Source: Burkholderiales bacterium (GTDB lineage Bacteria; Pseudomonadota; Gammaproteobacteria; Burkholderiales; SG8-41). From it: DNA of 64,000 nt. Position numbers and translations under genes: made by a program. The notes beneath the pieces are model-generated. The model did not search any database and was not told the origin of the DNA. It saw nothing but the letters and a program-made list of their open reading frames with translations. Shown one piece after another: positions 1 to 8,985 of this stretch. Location of the stretch: assembly GCA_030684405.1 (NCBI GenBank), contig JAUXYA010000032.1, positions 108,992-172,991 of the forward strand, in the 5' to 3' direction. Every line of letters starts with the position of its first letter. Within the stretch, counting starts at the first letter, position 1.

Positions 1-42
1 TTAAACACGTAAAGAAAGCCCCTTGGGGCGGAGGATAAATAA

Positions 43-1023
43 TTGAATAAAATCAAATACTTATTTGCCTATGCCGTGATTGGCTGCGGCATCGCGGGCA
101 CAGCGTTTGCGCAAGGCGCAGCAAACTACCCGACCAAGCCGGTACGCTTCATAGCACCCTTCCCGCCCGGCGGCAGCACCGACCTGCTGGCACGGCTGGT
201 CGCGCAGAAATTGACCGAAAGCTGGGGCCAGCAGGTCATCGTCGAAAACCGCGGCGGTGCCGCCGGCACCATCGGCGTCGAAGCGGCAGCGCGGGCAGCG
301 CCCGACGGCTACACCATCGTCATGGGCCATGTCGGCACCTTCGGTGTCAATCCGACCCTGTATCCGAAACTGCCCTACGATGCGATCCGCGACTTCGCGC
401 CGATCACCGTACTCGCCACCGTGCCCAACGGCATGGCTGTCCACCCCTCGCTGCCGGTGAAAACCGCACGCGATTTCGTCGCGCTGGCGAAGGCGCGGCC
501 CGGCGAACTGCTCTACGCGTCGGGCGGCAGCGGCAGCGCTTCGCACCTTGCCGGGGAATACTTCAAGTTGCTCACCAAGATCAACATGGTGCACGTGCCC
601 TACAAGGGCACCGCCCCCGCGATGATCAGCATGATTTCCGGCGAGACCACGATGACCATCACCGGCATGGTCGCGCTGGGACCGCATGTCAAATCGAATC
701 GGCTCAAGCTGCTCGGTGTGGCCACAATGAAACGCCTCGCCATCGCACCCGAAGTGCCGACCCTCAACGAAAGCGGCGTACCCGGCTACGACGCCAACCA
801 GTGGTACGGCGTGCTGACCCAGGCAGCGGTGCCGCGCGACATCGTGAACAAGCTGCATGCCGACATCGTCAAGGTCATGGCGCGTGCCGACGTCAAGGAA
901 CGCCTCGCTGCCGACGGCGCGGAGGCTGTCGGCAACACACCTGAGCAATTCGCCGCGCACATCAAGGCCGAGATCGCACTCTGGGCGCCGGTGGTCAAGG
1001 CCTCGGGTACAAAACCGGGCTGA
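43..1023 (+). CDS. Bug-family (TctC-like) tripartite tricarboxylate transporter periplasmic substrate-binding protein
   Basis: 326-aa ORF with a TTG start at 43 and GGAGGA at 30-35. It has a signal peptide (GIAGTAFAQG) followed by the Bug hallmark YPTKPVRFIAPFPPGGSTDLLARL. Confidence 0.9.
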   Translation: MNKIKYLFAYAVIGCGIAGTAFAQGAANYPTKPVRFIAPFPPGGSTDLLARLVAQKLTESWGQQVIVENRGGAAGTIGVEAAARAAPDGYTIVMGHVGTFGVNPTLYPKLPYDAIRDFAPITVLATVPNGMAVHPSLPVKTARDFVALAKARPGELLYASGGSGSASHLAGEYFKLLTKINMVHVPYKGTAPAMISMISGETTMTITGMVALGPHVKSNRLKLLGVATMKRLAIAPEVPTLNESGVPGYDANQWYGVLTQAAVPRDIVNKLHADIVKVMARADVKERLAADGAEAVGNTPEQFAAHIKAEIALWAPVVKASGTKPG

Positions 1024-1075
1024 GCCGGCATCAATAACAAAAGTCTCATTGAGGCATAATTCCTCGCCTACTTTC

Positions 1076-1912
1076 ATGGAGATCATCATGCAGTCGATTG
1101 TCCGTCACACCGTTTTGACCGCGTTCTTCGTTGCCGCGGCTGCACTGAGCGTTCCCGCTCAAGCGCAGACCAGCGGCGAATTCAAGCCACAGGTCGGCCA
1201 GGCCGGCAAAGATGTGATCTGGGTACCCACACCCAAAAGCCTGGTCGAAAAAATGCTCAAGATGGCGGACGTCAAGCCCAGTGATGTGGTGTTCGATCTC
1301 GGCTCCGGCGACGGCGTCACCGTGATCACCGCCGCCAAGCAGTTCGGCGTGCGCGCCACCGGCATCGAATACAACCCTGACATGGTCGAGCTGTCGAAAC
1401 GCAATGCGCAGAAAGAAGGCGTGGCCGACAAGACGCAGTTCATCCGCGGCGACATTTTCGCCACCGATTTCAGCCATGCCACCGTGGTGACCATGTACCT
1501 GTTGCCGTACCTCAACCTCAAGCTGCGCCCGACGATCCTCAACATGAAACCCGGCACCCGCGTGGTGTCGCATGCCTTCACGATGGACGATTGGGCGCCG
1601 GACCAGACCGATTCCACCGAAGGCCGCACCGCTTACCTGTGGATCGTGCCCGCCAAAATCGAAGGCAACTGGAAACTCGATAACGGCACCATGGAGCTGA
1701 AACAGAAGTTCCAGGATTTCGACGGCGTGTTCCGCAACAGCGACGGCATGAGCTGGCGCGTCAGCAGCACCAACCTGCGCGGTGAACAGATCAGCTTCAG
1801 CATCGGCAGCGCAAGCTACAGCGGTCGTGTCAGCGGCTCGACGATGCAGGGCACGATGCGCGCACGTCCGGATGCAGCGCCCACACCCTGGAGCGCGACC
1901 CTGGCCCGATAG
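1076..1912 (+). CDS. class I SAM-dependent methyltransferase with N-terminal signal/anchor sequence and extra C-terminal beta-rich domain
   Basis: ATG at 1076 (alternative 1088) inside ORF 857..1912. The upstream part of that ORF overlaps the previous gene and is Arg/Ser-rich junk. Hydrophobic leader VLTAFFVAAAALSVPAQAQ. MTase motif I is VFDLGSGDGVTVI, followed by GIEYNP and LKPGTRVVSHAF. Confidence 0.8.
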   Translation: MEIIMQSIVRHTVLTAFFVAAAALSVPAQAQTSGEFKPQVGQAGKDVIWVPTPKSLVEKMLKMADVKPSDVVFDLGSGDGVTVITAAKQFGVRATGIEYNPDMVELSKRNAQKEGVADKTQFIRGDIFATDFSHATVVTMYLLPYLNLKLRPTILNMKPGTRVVSHAFTMDDWAPDQTDSTEGRTAYLWIVPAKIEGNWKLDNGTMELKQKFQDFDGVFRNSDGMSWRVSSTNLRGEQISFSIGSASYSGRVSGSTMQGTMRARPDAAPTPWSATLAR

Positions 1913-1947
1913 GCCACATCGAGACGGGGCACGCGCCCCGCCATCGC

Positions 1948-1986
1948 ACAAGCGCCGCGCCTGTTCATGACAGCCGCGGCGCTTGT
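1948..1986 (+). terminator. 12-bp perfect inverted repeat downstream of the methyltransferase gene (possible terminator)
   Basis: ACAAGCGCCGCG (1948-1959) pairs with CGCGGCGCTTGT (1975-1986) across a 15-nt spacer, followed by CTTCC. The U-tract is weak, so terminator function is uncertain. Confidence 0.35.
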
Positions 1987-2082
1987 CTTCCGGCGGCCGG
2001 CCCGGCTGCAGGATAACGGGCGATATAATCGAAGCATCTCGGCCCAAGCGGCTGCTACACAACAAATCCCCGAGGAAAATCC

Positions 2083-3012
2083 ATGTCCGGAAAAAACAGG
2101 CAAGCCGTAGTCATTGGCGGCGGCATCATGGGCGGCGATATCGCCACGGTGTTCGCGGCGCATGGCTGGACCGTGCATGTGATGAGCCCTTCGCCGAAAA
2201 CGCGTGAAGCTCTGCCGGCACGCATTGCCGCCGGCCTCTCCAAGCTCGGCGCGCCGGCCGGTCACGCCGCTGCAGTGCACTGCCACGCCGAACTTGAATC
2301 CATTTCCTGGCCCGGCATCGATATCATCGTCGAAGCCGCCACCGAAGACCTGCCGCTGAAGCAGAAACTTTTCGCGGAAATCGAGGCGCTGGCGAAACCG
2401 GATATCCCGCTGGTCAGCAACACCTCGAATTTTCCGATTGGCGAAATTGCGAAGGAGCTGAAGCATCCGCAGCGCGTCGCCGGCCTGCATTTCTTCATGC
2501 CCGCCCACCTGGTGCCGCTGGTGGAGGTCATCAGCTCGCCGCTGACCGACGCAGCGGTCGCGCAGTCGCTGGTGCAGTTGCTGAAAGACCTGAACAAGGC
2601 GCCGATCTGGGTAAAAAAGGATGTGCCCGGCTTCGTCGGCAACCGCCTGCAGCACGCGATGATGCGCGAAGCGCTGTACCTGATCGCTGACGGCGTCACC
2701 GATGCCGAGGGCATCGACACCGCGGTGCGCCAGGGTTTCGGTTTCCGCTTCATCGCCTGCGGCCCGATGATGCAGAAGGAAATGTCCGGCTGGGACACCA
2801 ATTATCTGGTCGGCGAGGCCCTGTATCCGCATCTGCATACCGAACAGGCACCGCCGCAGTTCCTGAAGGACATGGTGGCAAAGGGCCGCACCGGCATGAA
2901 AGCCAAGGCCGGCATGTGGGACTGGGACGACGAGAAGATCCGCAAAGAAAAGTCCCGCATCGAGAAAGCTCTGCAGGCCGGATTCGGCATCCTGCACGCC
3001 GACAAGGACTGA
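2083..3012 (+). CDS. 3-hydroxyacyl-CoA dehydrogenase family protein (NAD-binding)
   Basis: 309 aa. Rossmann motif AVVIGGGIMGGDIA, family strings HFFMPAHLVPLVEVI and PGFVGNRLQHA, and the C-terminal dimerisation-domain pattern. Confidence 0.85.
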   Translation: MSGKNRQAVVIGGGIMGGDIATVFAAHGWTVHVMSPSPKTREALPARIAAGLSKLGAPAGHAAAVHCHAELESISWPGIDIIVEAATEDLPLKQKLFAEIEALAKPDIPLVSNTSNFPIGEIAKELKHPQRVAGLHFFMPAHLVPLVEVISSPLTDAAVAQSLVQLLKDLNKAPIWVKKDVPGFVGNRLQHAMMREALYLIADGVTDAEGIDTAVRQGFGFRFIACGPMMQKEMSGWDTNYLVGEALYPHLHTEQAPPQFLKDMVAKGRTGMKAKAGMWDWDDEKIRKEKSRIEKALQAGFGILHADKD

Positions 3013-3027
3013 AGCGGCGGTGCGGCG

Positions 3028-6000
3028 ATGAGCGAGACTGCTCCCCGCTACGCCCGCCTGCGCACACTGCTGCTGTCGAAGCCGGCGCTGATTGCCGGCG
3101 CCTTGCTGCTGCTCTACACCCTGCTCGGGTTTTTTGCTGCGCCCTGGCTGGTCCGCCAGCAGCTGCCCGGCCTGGTCGAACAGCACCTCGGCGCACAGGG
3201 GTCAGTTGGAGACGTGCGCATCAACCCGTTCCTGCTGACCTTCGAAGCCCATGACCTTGCGGTCACCGAAAAAAAAGAAGGTGATCCCGTATTCAGTGTC
3301 GGTCGGCTGTTCGTCAATTTCGAAGCCAGCAGCCTGCTGCGCTGGGCATGGACCTTCCGCGAAATCCGCCTGGAAGATCCGGTGGTCAACGCGGAGCTTG
3401 ATGCCGGGGAAAGCCTGAACATCGCAAGGCTGTTCGCGCCCCGTGACGGGCAGGCCGCCGAAAAGCCGGCCGAACCCGGCAAGACCCCGCGCCTGCTGCT
3501 GCGCCATGTCGTCATCAGCGGCGGCGTTTTCCGTTTTACCGACCAGACGTTGCAACCTGCCGCCGTGGCGCGCTTCGACCCGGTCGATTTCGCAGTCCAG
3601 GACCTGGCGACACTGCCAGATCACGATGGCGGTCACCGTCTCAGTACGCGTCTGCCCGGCGGCGGCAGCCTGCAATGGCAGGGCCAGCTGTCGCTGGCGC
3701 CCTTCGATACTTCAGGTTCGATCGAACTGAAGGACGGCAAACTGGCCACGCTGTGGCGCTTCGTGCAGGACAAGCTGGCACTGTCCGAACCGGAGGGCGC
3801 CTTCGCGATCGGGCTGCGCTATCAGCTGGGTTACCGCGCAAGCGCCCTTGACTTGCGGATCGAAGACCTGGCATTCCGCCTCACGAATCTTGTCCTCGCA
3901 AAACCCGGGGGCGAACCACTCGCCAGGCTCGCCGCGCTGGCACTGGAGGACGGCAGTTTCGATCTGCAGAAACGCAGCGTGGCTTTCCGCCAGGTCCATG
4001 TCGGTGAAGGCACGGTCAGGCTGACGCTCGACCAGAACGGTGCGCCCGACTGGAGCAGTCTTGTGCATGCACCTGCAACAACCGGAAAATCGGCGGCGCC
4101 GGACACTACGAAACCCGCAACGGCACCCCGCCCCGCCTGGCAGCTGTCCCTACCCAAAGTCGCCATCGGTCCGCTGGCCCTGTCTATCGACGATCAGAGC
4201 CGTGTCTCGCCACTCCGGCTGCAGATTGCGCGCGCAGAGGCTGGTTTCGGTCTCGAAGCCCGCAGCGGTGAACAGCACCAGGTGACCGTGACAGAAGGCA
4301 ACATCGCCCTGCGCGAACTGCAGGCGCTCTCCGGCGACGCAAAGGAAGCGCCGGTGACGCTTGCTTCCGCCGAACTGGCGGGCGGCGGTTTCGATCTGCA
4401 GAAAAAGGCCATACGCGCGGAAAACCTCCGCCTCAGCGGCGGCCGCAGCCATGTCATGCGCGATGCAGAGGGCCAAATCTCCCTGCTGCGCATGTTTGCA
4501 CCGCTGAAAGACTCGCCAACGGAAAAGACCGGCTTCTCCACCGTGATTGACCGCATCGAACTGTCGGATTACGCGCTCGCGCTGAACGACGAGGGCTTCC
4601 AACCGCCGCTCGCCTACGATCTCGAAAAAATCAGCGTTGGTGCCGGGCCGCTGTCCATACTCGCCGATAAGCCGCTCGCGCTGGAATTGTCGCTTTTGGT
4701 GAAACAGGGCGGCACGCTGCGCGCGAAAGGCAGCGTCGACCTGAAGCAACAGACCGGCGACTTGAAGCTCGAACTGGCCGGGCTTGCACTGGCACCGCTG
4801 GAAACCGTGCTCCGGCAACAAACTACGCTGACCCTGGTCTCGGGTCTGGCCGGCAGCAGCGGGCAGCTGCGCTGGAGCAGCGCAAAGCAGCCGGCAGTGC
4901 GTTATGCCGGTGATGCGACCATCAACGACCTCGAACTCAAAATCGCGGCCAACAAGGAAAAGCTGCTCAGCTGGCAGCGTCTAACCGCCAGCGGCATCGA
5001 CTACAGCAGCGGTGACCACCGCCTCTCCGTCTCGCAGCTGAACCTGTCACGTCCCTACGCCAGGCTGGTCATCAACAAGGACCGCAGCACCAACCTCGGG
5101 ACCATCCGCCATCCGGCACCGGCCGCCGGCGCAGAGCCCGCCGCGGGAAAAGGGCTTGCCGTGAACATCGACCGCGTCAGCGTCGAGCGCGGTAATATGG
5201 ATTTCACGGACCTGAGCCTGGTGCTGCCGTTCTCGACCAACATCCAGTCACTGGGTGGTTCGATCAGCGGGCTGTCGTCCGCCCCTGAGTCGCGCGCCAG
5301 CCTCAAATTTGAGGGCCGCATCGAGGATTACGGCCTGGCCCGGGCCGAAGGCGCGATCCAACCCTTTGCACCAAAAAAGTTCACCGACATTGCGGTCGTT
5401 TTCCGCAATGTCGAATTGACACCGATGAGCCCGTACACCGCCACCTTTGCGGGGCGCAAGATTGCCTCCGGCAAGTTGTCACTCGATCTGCAGTACAAGC
5501 TCAACAACAGCAAACTGACCGGCGAAAACAAGATGCAGCTGGAACAGTTCACACTGGGCGAACGTGTCGAAAGCCCGACCGCAATCAACCTGCCGCTCGA
5601 CCTGGCCATCGCATTGCTCACCGACAGCAGCGGCAGGATCGACCTCGCGGTTCCGGTCAGCGGCGATGTCGACAATCCCGAATTCCGCTACGGACACATC
5701 GTCTGGCAGGCGATCCGCACGGTGATCACGCGCATCGTCACCGCGCCCTTCCGCGCACTGGGGGCGCTGTTCGGCGGCAATGCCGAGGGCCTCGGCGACA
5801 TCGTGTTCGATCCGGGCAGCGCGCGCATCCTGCCCACCGAGTATGAAAAACTGCGCCGCGTTGCCGAAGGCCTGCAGAAGCGGCCGCAGCTCAAGCTGGT
5901 GCTGCAGGGTCTTTACCACAAGGACAGCGACAGCCGCGCAATGCGCGCGCTGGCGGTGCGCGCCGACCTCGCCACGCGCGAAGGACTCAAGCTCGCTCCC

Positions 6001-6447
6001 GGCGAAGACCCGGGCCCTGTCGGCTTCGACAATGCCAAGACCCAGCGTGCGCTGGAAAACATGCTGGAAGCACGCGCCGGTGATTCCGCCGTAGCACAGT
6101 TCGCCGAGGCCTTCCGCAAATCGGCCGGCCGCGACGCCGCGCGCGTCAACCCGGTGCTGGCGATGATGGGTCGCGGCGGCGGCGACCGCGAGCTTTACAT
6201 TGCCATGCACCAGCGGCTGATCGAACTGCAGCCGCTGGCGGACACGGCATTGCCGGAGCTGGCGAAATCACGCGCAGACAGCATCCTCCGTGCCTTTACC
6301 ACCCGCCTCAAATTCGATGCGGCGCGGCTGGGCAGCAAGCCGGCGGCAGCCACTGATGAAACCGTCAACAACGGCGTGCCGCTGAAACTGTCCTTTGAAC
6401 CGATGCCGGCCGTTGCCGCCGTGGCACCGGCACCAGCAGCCCCGTAA
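3028..6447 (+). CDS. very large membrane-anchored DUF748/AsmA-like protein
   Basis: 1139-aa uninterrupted ORF with one N-terminal TM helix (ALIAGALLLLYTLLGFFAAPWLV). The long repetitive beta-rich body and the conserved tail DLAVPVSGDVDNPEFRYG are typical of DUF748 proteins as I remember them. The family call is not search-verified. Confidence 0.65.
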   Translation: MSETAPRYARLRTLLLSKPALIAGALLLLYTLLGFFAAPWLVRQQLPGLVEQHLGAQGSVGDVRINPFLLTFEAHDLAVTEKKEGDPVFSVGRLFVNFEASSLLRWAWTFREIRLEDPVVNAELDAGESLNIARLFAPRDGQAAEKPAEPGKTPRLLLRHVVISGGVFRFTDQTLQPAAVARFDPVDFAVQDLATLPDHDGGHRLSTRLPGGGSLQWQGQLSLAPFDTSGSIELKDGKLATLWRFVQDKLALSEPEGAFAIGLRYQLGYRASALDLRIEDLAFRLTNLVLAKPGGEPLARLAALALEDGSFDLQKRSVAFRQVHVGEGTVRLTLDQNGAPDWSSLVHAPATTGKSAAPDTTKPATAPRPAWQLSLPKVAIGPLALSIDDQSRVSPLRLQIARAEAGFGLEARSGEQHQVTVTEGNIALRELQALSGDAKEAPVTLASAELAGGGFDLQKKAIRAENLRLSGGRSHVMRDAEGQISLLRMFAPLKDSPTEKTGFSTVIDRIELSDYALALNDEGFQPPLAYDLEKISVGAGPLSILADKPLALELSLLVKQGGTLRAKGSVDLKQQTGDLKLELAGLALAPLETVLRQQTTLTLVSGLAGSSGQLRWSSAKQPAVRYAGDATINDLELKIAANKEKLLSWQRLTASGIDYSSGDHRLSVSQLNLSRPYARLVINKDRSTNLGTIRHPAPAAGAEPAAGKGLAVNIDRVSVERGNMDFTDLSLVLPFSTNIQSLGGSISGLSSAPESRASLKFEGRIEDYGLARAEGAIQPFAPKKFTDIAVVFRNVELTPMSPYTATFAGRKIASGKLSLDLQYKLNNSKLTGENKMQLEQFTLGERVESPTAINLPLDLAIALLTDSSGRIDLAVPVSGDVDNPEFRYGHIVWQAIRTVITRIVTAPFRALGALFGGNAEGLGDIVFDPGSARILPTEYEKLRRVAEGLQKRPQLKLVLQGLYHKDSDSRAMRALAVRADLATREGLKLAPGEDPGPVGFDNAKTQRALENMLEARAGDSAVAQFAEAFRKSAGRDAARVNPVLAMMGRGGGDRELYIAMHQRLIELQPLADTALPELAKSRADSILRAFTTRLKFDAARLGSKPAAATDETVNNGVPLKLSFEPMPAVAAVAPAPAAP

Positions 6448-6478
6448 CGACCGCAGCCCTACTTCGCGGTTTTTTCGG

Positions 6479-7681
6479 TCAGCCGGTCTCGATAAACGCG
6501 CTGCCAGCGCGCAGGAAACCCTCAATCTCGCTGGCGGTGTATCCGATCTCCGCCAACAACTCGCGGGTGTGTTGGCCTTTCATCGGCGAAGGCCGCTCTG
6601 CAGAAAAAAATTCGCCGTTGTAACGAATCGGTGAGCCCATTGCGCATGCGATGTCCGGCAAACCGGTGTCGAGCAGCGGCAGGCAGGCCGCCAGTGCCGG
6701 ATCCGCCAGCACATCGGCCACGGTGTTGATCGGGCCGCACAGAATGTCAGCGAGCCGCAGACGCTCCAGCCAGTAATCCGCGGGCTTCGATTTCAGTAGT
6801 GGCACGATGATGGCGTGCAGTTCCGCGCGGCTTTTGACGCGGCCGGCGTTGGTGCTGAATCTCCCGTCAGCCGAAAGGTCGTGCAGCTCCAGAGCCGCGC
6901 AAAACTTCTGCCAGTGCGAATCGCGCAGCACCGCGATGGTGATGAAACGACCGCCTGCCACTTCGAAAGCGCCGGCCGGCGCAAGCAGGCTGTTCTGGTT
7001 GCCCTGACGCGGTGGCAGGCGGCCCGAGGCCATGTATTCGGTAAAGCCGCCGCACACCAGCGCCGCGGCCGCAGCCATCAGGCTGACGTCGATGTGGGCG
7101 CCGCCCTGCCCGGTAAGACGGCCGTAGAGCGCCAGCAGCACCGACTGCACCGCTGAATTCGCCGCCGTCATGTCGATCAGCGGAAATCCGACGCGCAGCG
7201 GCGCGCCATCCGGCTCGCCCACCACGCTCATCACACCGCTGACCGCCTGCAGAATCGTGTCGCTGGCTGGCAATTGCGCATAGGCGCCGTCCTGTCCGAA
7301 GCCCGAGATCGTGCAGTAGATGATGTCGGGCTTGAGTACCTTGCAGCGTTCATAACCGAAGCCCAGCTTCGTCATCACACCGGCGCGGTAGTTCGAGATC
7401 ACCACATCGGCTTTCGACACCAGGCGCTCGACGATGCGGCGGCCATCGTCGTTGTTGAGGTCGATGCCGATGTCGCGCTTGTTGCGGTTGAGTGCGACGA
7501 ACTGCGGATTGCCATGAGGCCCCGGCTCGCCGCGCCCGGCACTGCGCTGCCAGTCACCTTCGCGGCGTTCGACCTTGATGACGTCTGCGCCCATATCGCC
7601 CAGCAGCGTGGCGGCGTAGGGGCCGGCCACGCCCTCGGTCATGTCGACCACCCTCACGTCAGAAAGTATTCTTTTGCTCAT
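6479..7681 (-). CDS. family III CoA-transferase (CaiB/BaiF family)
   Basis: 400 aa. The N-terminus LSDVRVVDMTEGVAGPYAATLLGDMGADVIKVE is the canonical family III signature. Confidence 0.9.
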   Translation of the reverse strand: MSKRILSDVRVVDMTEGVAGPYAATLLGDMGADVIKVERREGDWQRSAGRGEPGPHGNPQFVALNRNKRDIGIDLNNDDGRRIVERLVSKADVVISNYRAGVMTKLGFGYERCKVLKPDIIYCTISGFGQDGAYAQLPASDTILQAVSGVMSVVGEPDGAPLRVGFPLIDMTAANSAVQSVLLALYGRLTGQGGAHIDVSLMAAAAALVCGGFTEYMASGRLPPRQGNQNSLLAPAGAFEVAGGRFITIAVLRDSHWQKFCAALELHDLSADGRFSTNAGRVKSRAELHAIIVPLLKSKPADYWLERLRLADILCGPINTVADVLADPALAACLPLLDTGLPDIACAMGSPIRYNGEFFSAERPSPMKGQHTRELLAEIGYTASEIEGFLRAGSAFIETG

Positions 7682-7999
7682 GTAGAAGTATCGCTTTGCA
7701 GCAGTTGCTGGACTTGTTCAAACGAAGGATTTTGCATGGGCTGGGAGGTAATGAGATAGACGGGCGTCGAAACGGACTTCAGTGCTGTCCTGATTGCAAC
7801 AATAAATCATCTACAAAAACCGGGCGCAGACAGTAACTCTTTGAATATAAAAATATAATGGCTTGCCCAGCGCCTATGACAGCAAATGCTGCCATCGGAG
7901 CATCACGCTGGTGCATGTCTGATCTGCATCAAATTCCATCCTGTCTGCTTTTGCTAGTGTACTCAGCATAGTACCGCCCGATCCCCCAAGGAGGCTGCC

Positions 8000-8971
8000 A
8001 TGCTCAAGCGCTACCTGATTTCCGCCCTGATCACATTTTTTGCCGCCAGCACGGCTGGCGCTGGGCAGATTACGCTCTACACCTCGATGCCCAAGAACAA
8101 CGCCGAGCAACTGATCGACGCGTTTGAAAAGTCTACCCCGGGCGTCAAGGTCCAGCTCTTCCGGGCCGGCAGCGGGCAGATCCTCAACAAGCTGCAAGGG
8201 GAGTTTGCCGCGCGGCAGGTAAGAGCCGACGTGGTCATGCTTGCCGACGAAGTAAGCATGACCGATCTGAAACGCGACAACCGGCTTATGACCTACCGTG
8301 ACGCTCCGGTCAAGGATCTGCCGAAGGGCAGCTACGATCCCGGCTTCACCTACTTCGGCACGCGGATCATGACCGTGGGCATCATCTACAACACCCGGCG
8401 GGTGCAGCAGGCCCCCACGAGCTGGGCCGAACTCGTGGCCGGCAACAATGTGAAACAGACCGTAATGCCGAGTCCGCTGTACTCCGGTGCGCAACTCGCC
8501 AACCTGACCCTGCTTACCGAGATGCCGGGCATCGGCTGGCCATATTTCGAGAAAATGGCGAAGGAAGGCGTGCAGACCGTCGAAGGCAACGGCGAAGTCC
8601 GCAACGCGGTAGCCGAGGGTTCGAAGTCGTATGGGATGGTACTCGACTATATGGCCATCGAGGCGGCACAGAAGGGTTCACCCGTCGCCTGGGTTGCGCC
8701 CAAGGAAGGCGTGGTCGCTTTCTTCCAGCCCATCGCAATCCTGCAGGGCGCCGCCAATGTCGAGGACGCCAAGAAGTTCATCAATTTTCTGCTGTCCCGG
8801 CAGGGACAGGAGCTCGCCGTCAAACAGGGTTACCGTCCGCTCATCGCCAACATGGCGCCCCCAGCGGGGTTTCCGGCGATGGACAAGATGAAGGTCATCC
8901 CGGTGGATGCAGCAGCCATCGAGAAAGCGGGCCAGACCAAAAAGCGTTTCGACGCTTTATTCGGCGGCTGA
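8000..8971 (+). CDS. ABC transporter periplasmic substrate-binding protein (iron(III)/ExtP-type family)
   Basis: 323 aa. AAGGAGG RBS, signal peptide, and ITLYTSMPKNNAEQLIDAFEKSTPGVKVQLFRAGSG, typical of Fbp/AfuA-like binding proteins. Confidence 0.8.
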   Translation: MLKRYLISALITFFAASTAGAGQITLYTSMPKNNAEQLIDAFEKSTPGVKVQLFRAGSGQILNKLQGEFAARQVRADVVMLADEVSMTDLKRDNRLMTYRDAPVKDLPKGSYDPGFTYFGTRIMTVGIIYNTRRVQQAPTSWAELVAGNNVKQTVMPSPLYSGAQLANLTLLTEMPGIGWPYFEKMAKEGVQTVEGNGEVRNAVAEGSKSYGMVLDYMAIEAAQKGSPVAWVAPKEGVVAFFQPIAILQGAANVEDAKKFINFLLSRQGQELAVKQGYRPLIANMAPPAGFPAMDKMKVIPVDAAAIEKAGQTKKRFDALFGG

Positions 8972-8985
8972 CCGCTTAGAAGTCC

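Noticed and set aside
857-1075. N-terminal extensions offered by the ORF track. Examples: 857..1075, 14677..14712, 16695..16787, 16868..16969, 17951..18037, 26195..26254, 28958..29458, 33293..33484, 34174..34254, 38583..38699, 39821..39913, 43288..43362, 44943..45080, 48902..48973.
   Set aside because: The extensions overlap upstream genes or are Arg/Pro-rich junk. Internal starts with Shine-Dalgarno sequences or ATGA/GTGA coupling give N-termini that match the families.
2024-2029. A perfect TATAAT hexamer upstream of the 3-hydroxyacyl-CoA dehydrogenase gene.
   Set aside because: There is no acceptable -35 element (CCCGGC at the 17-nt spacing) and no extended -10 TG. A lone hexamer is not enough to call a promoter.
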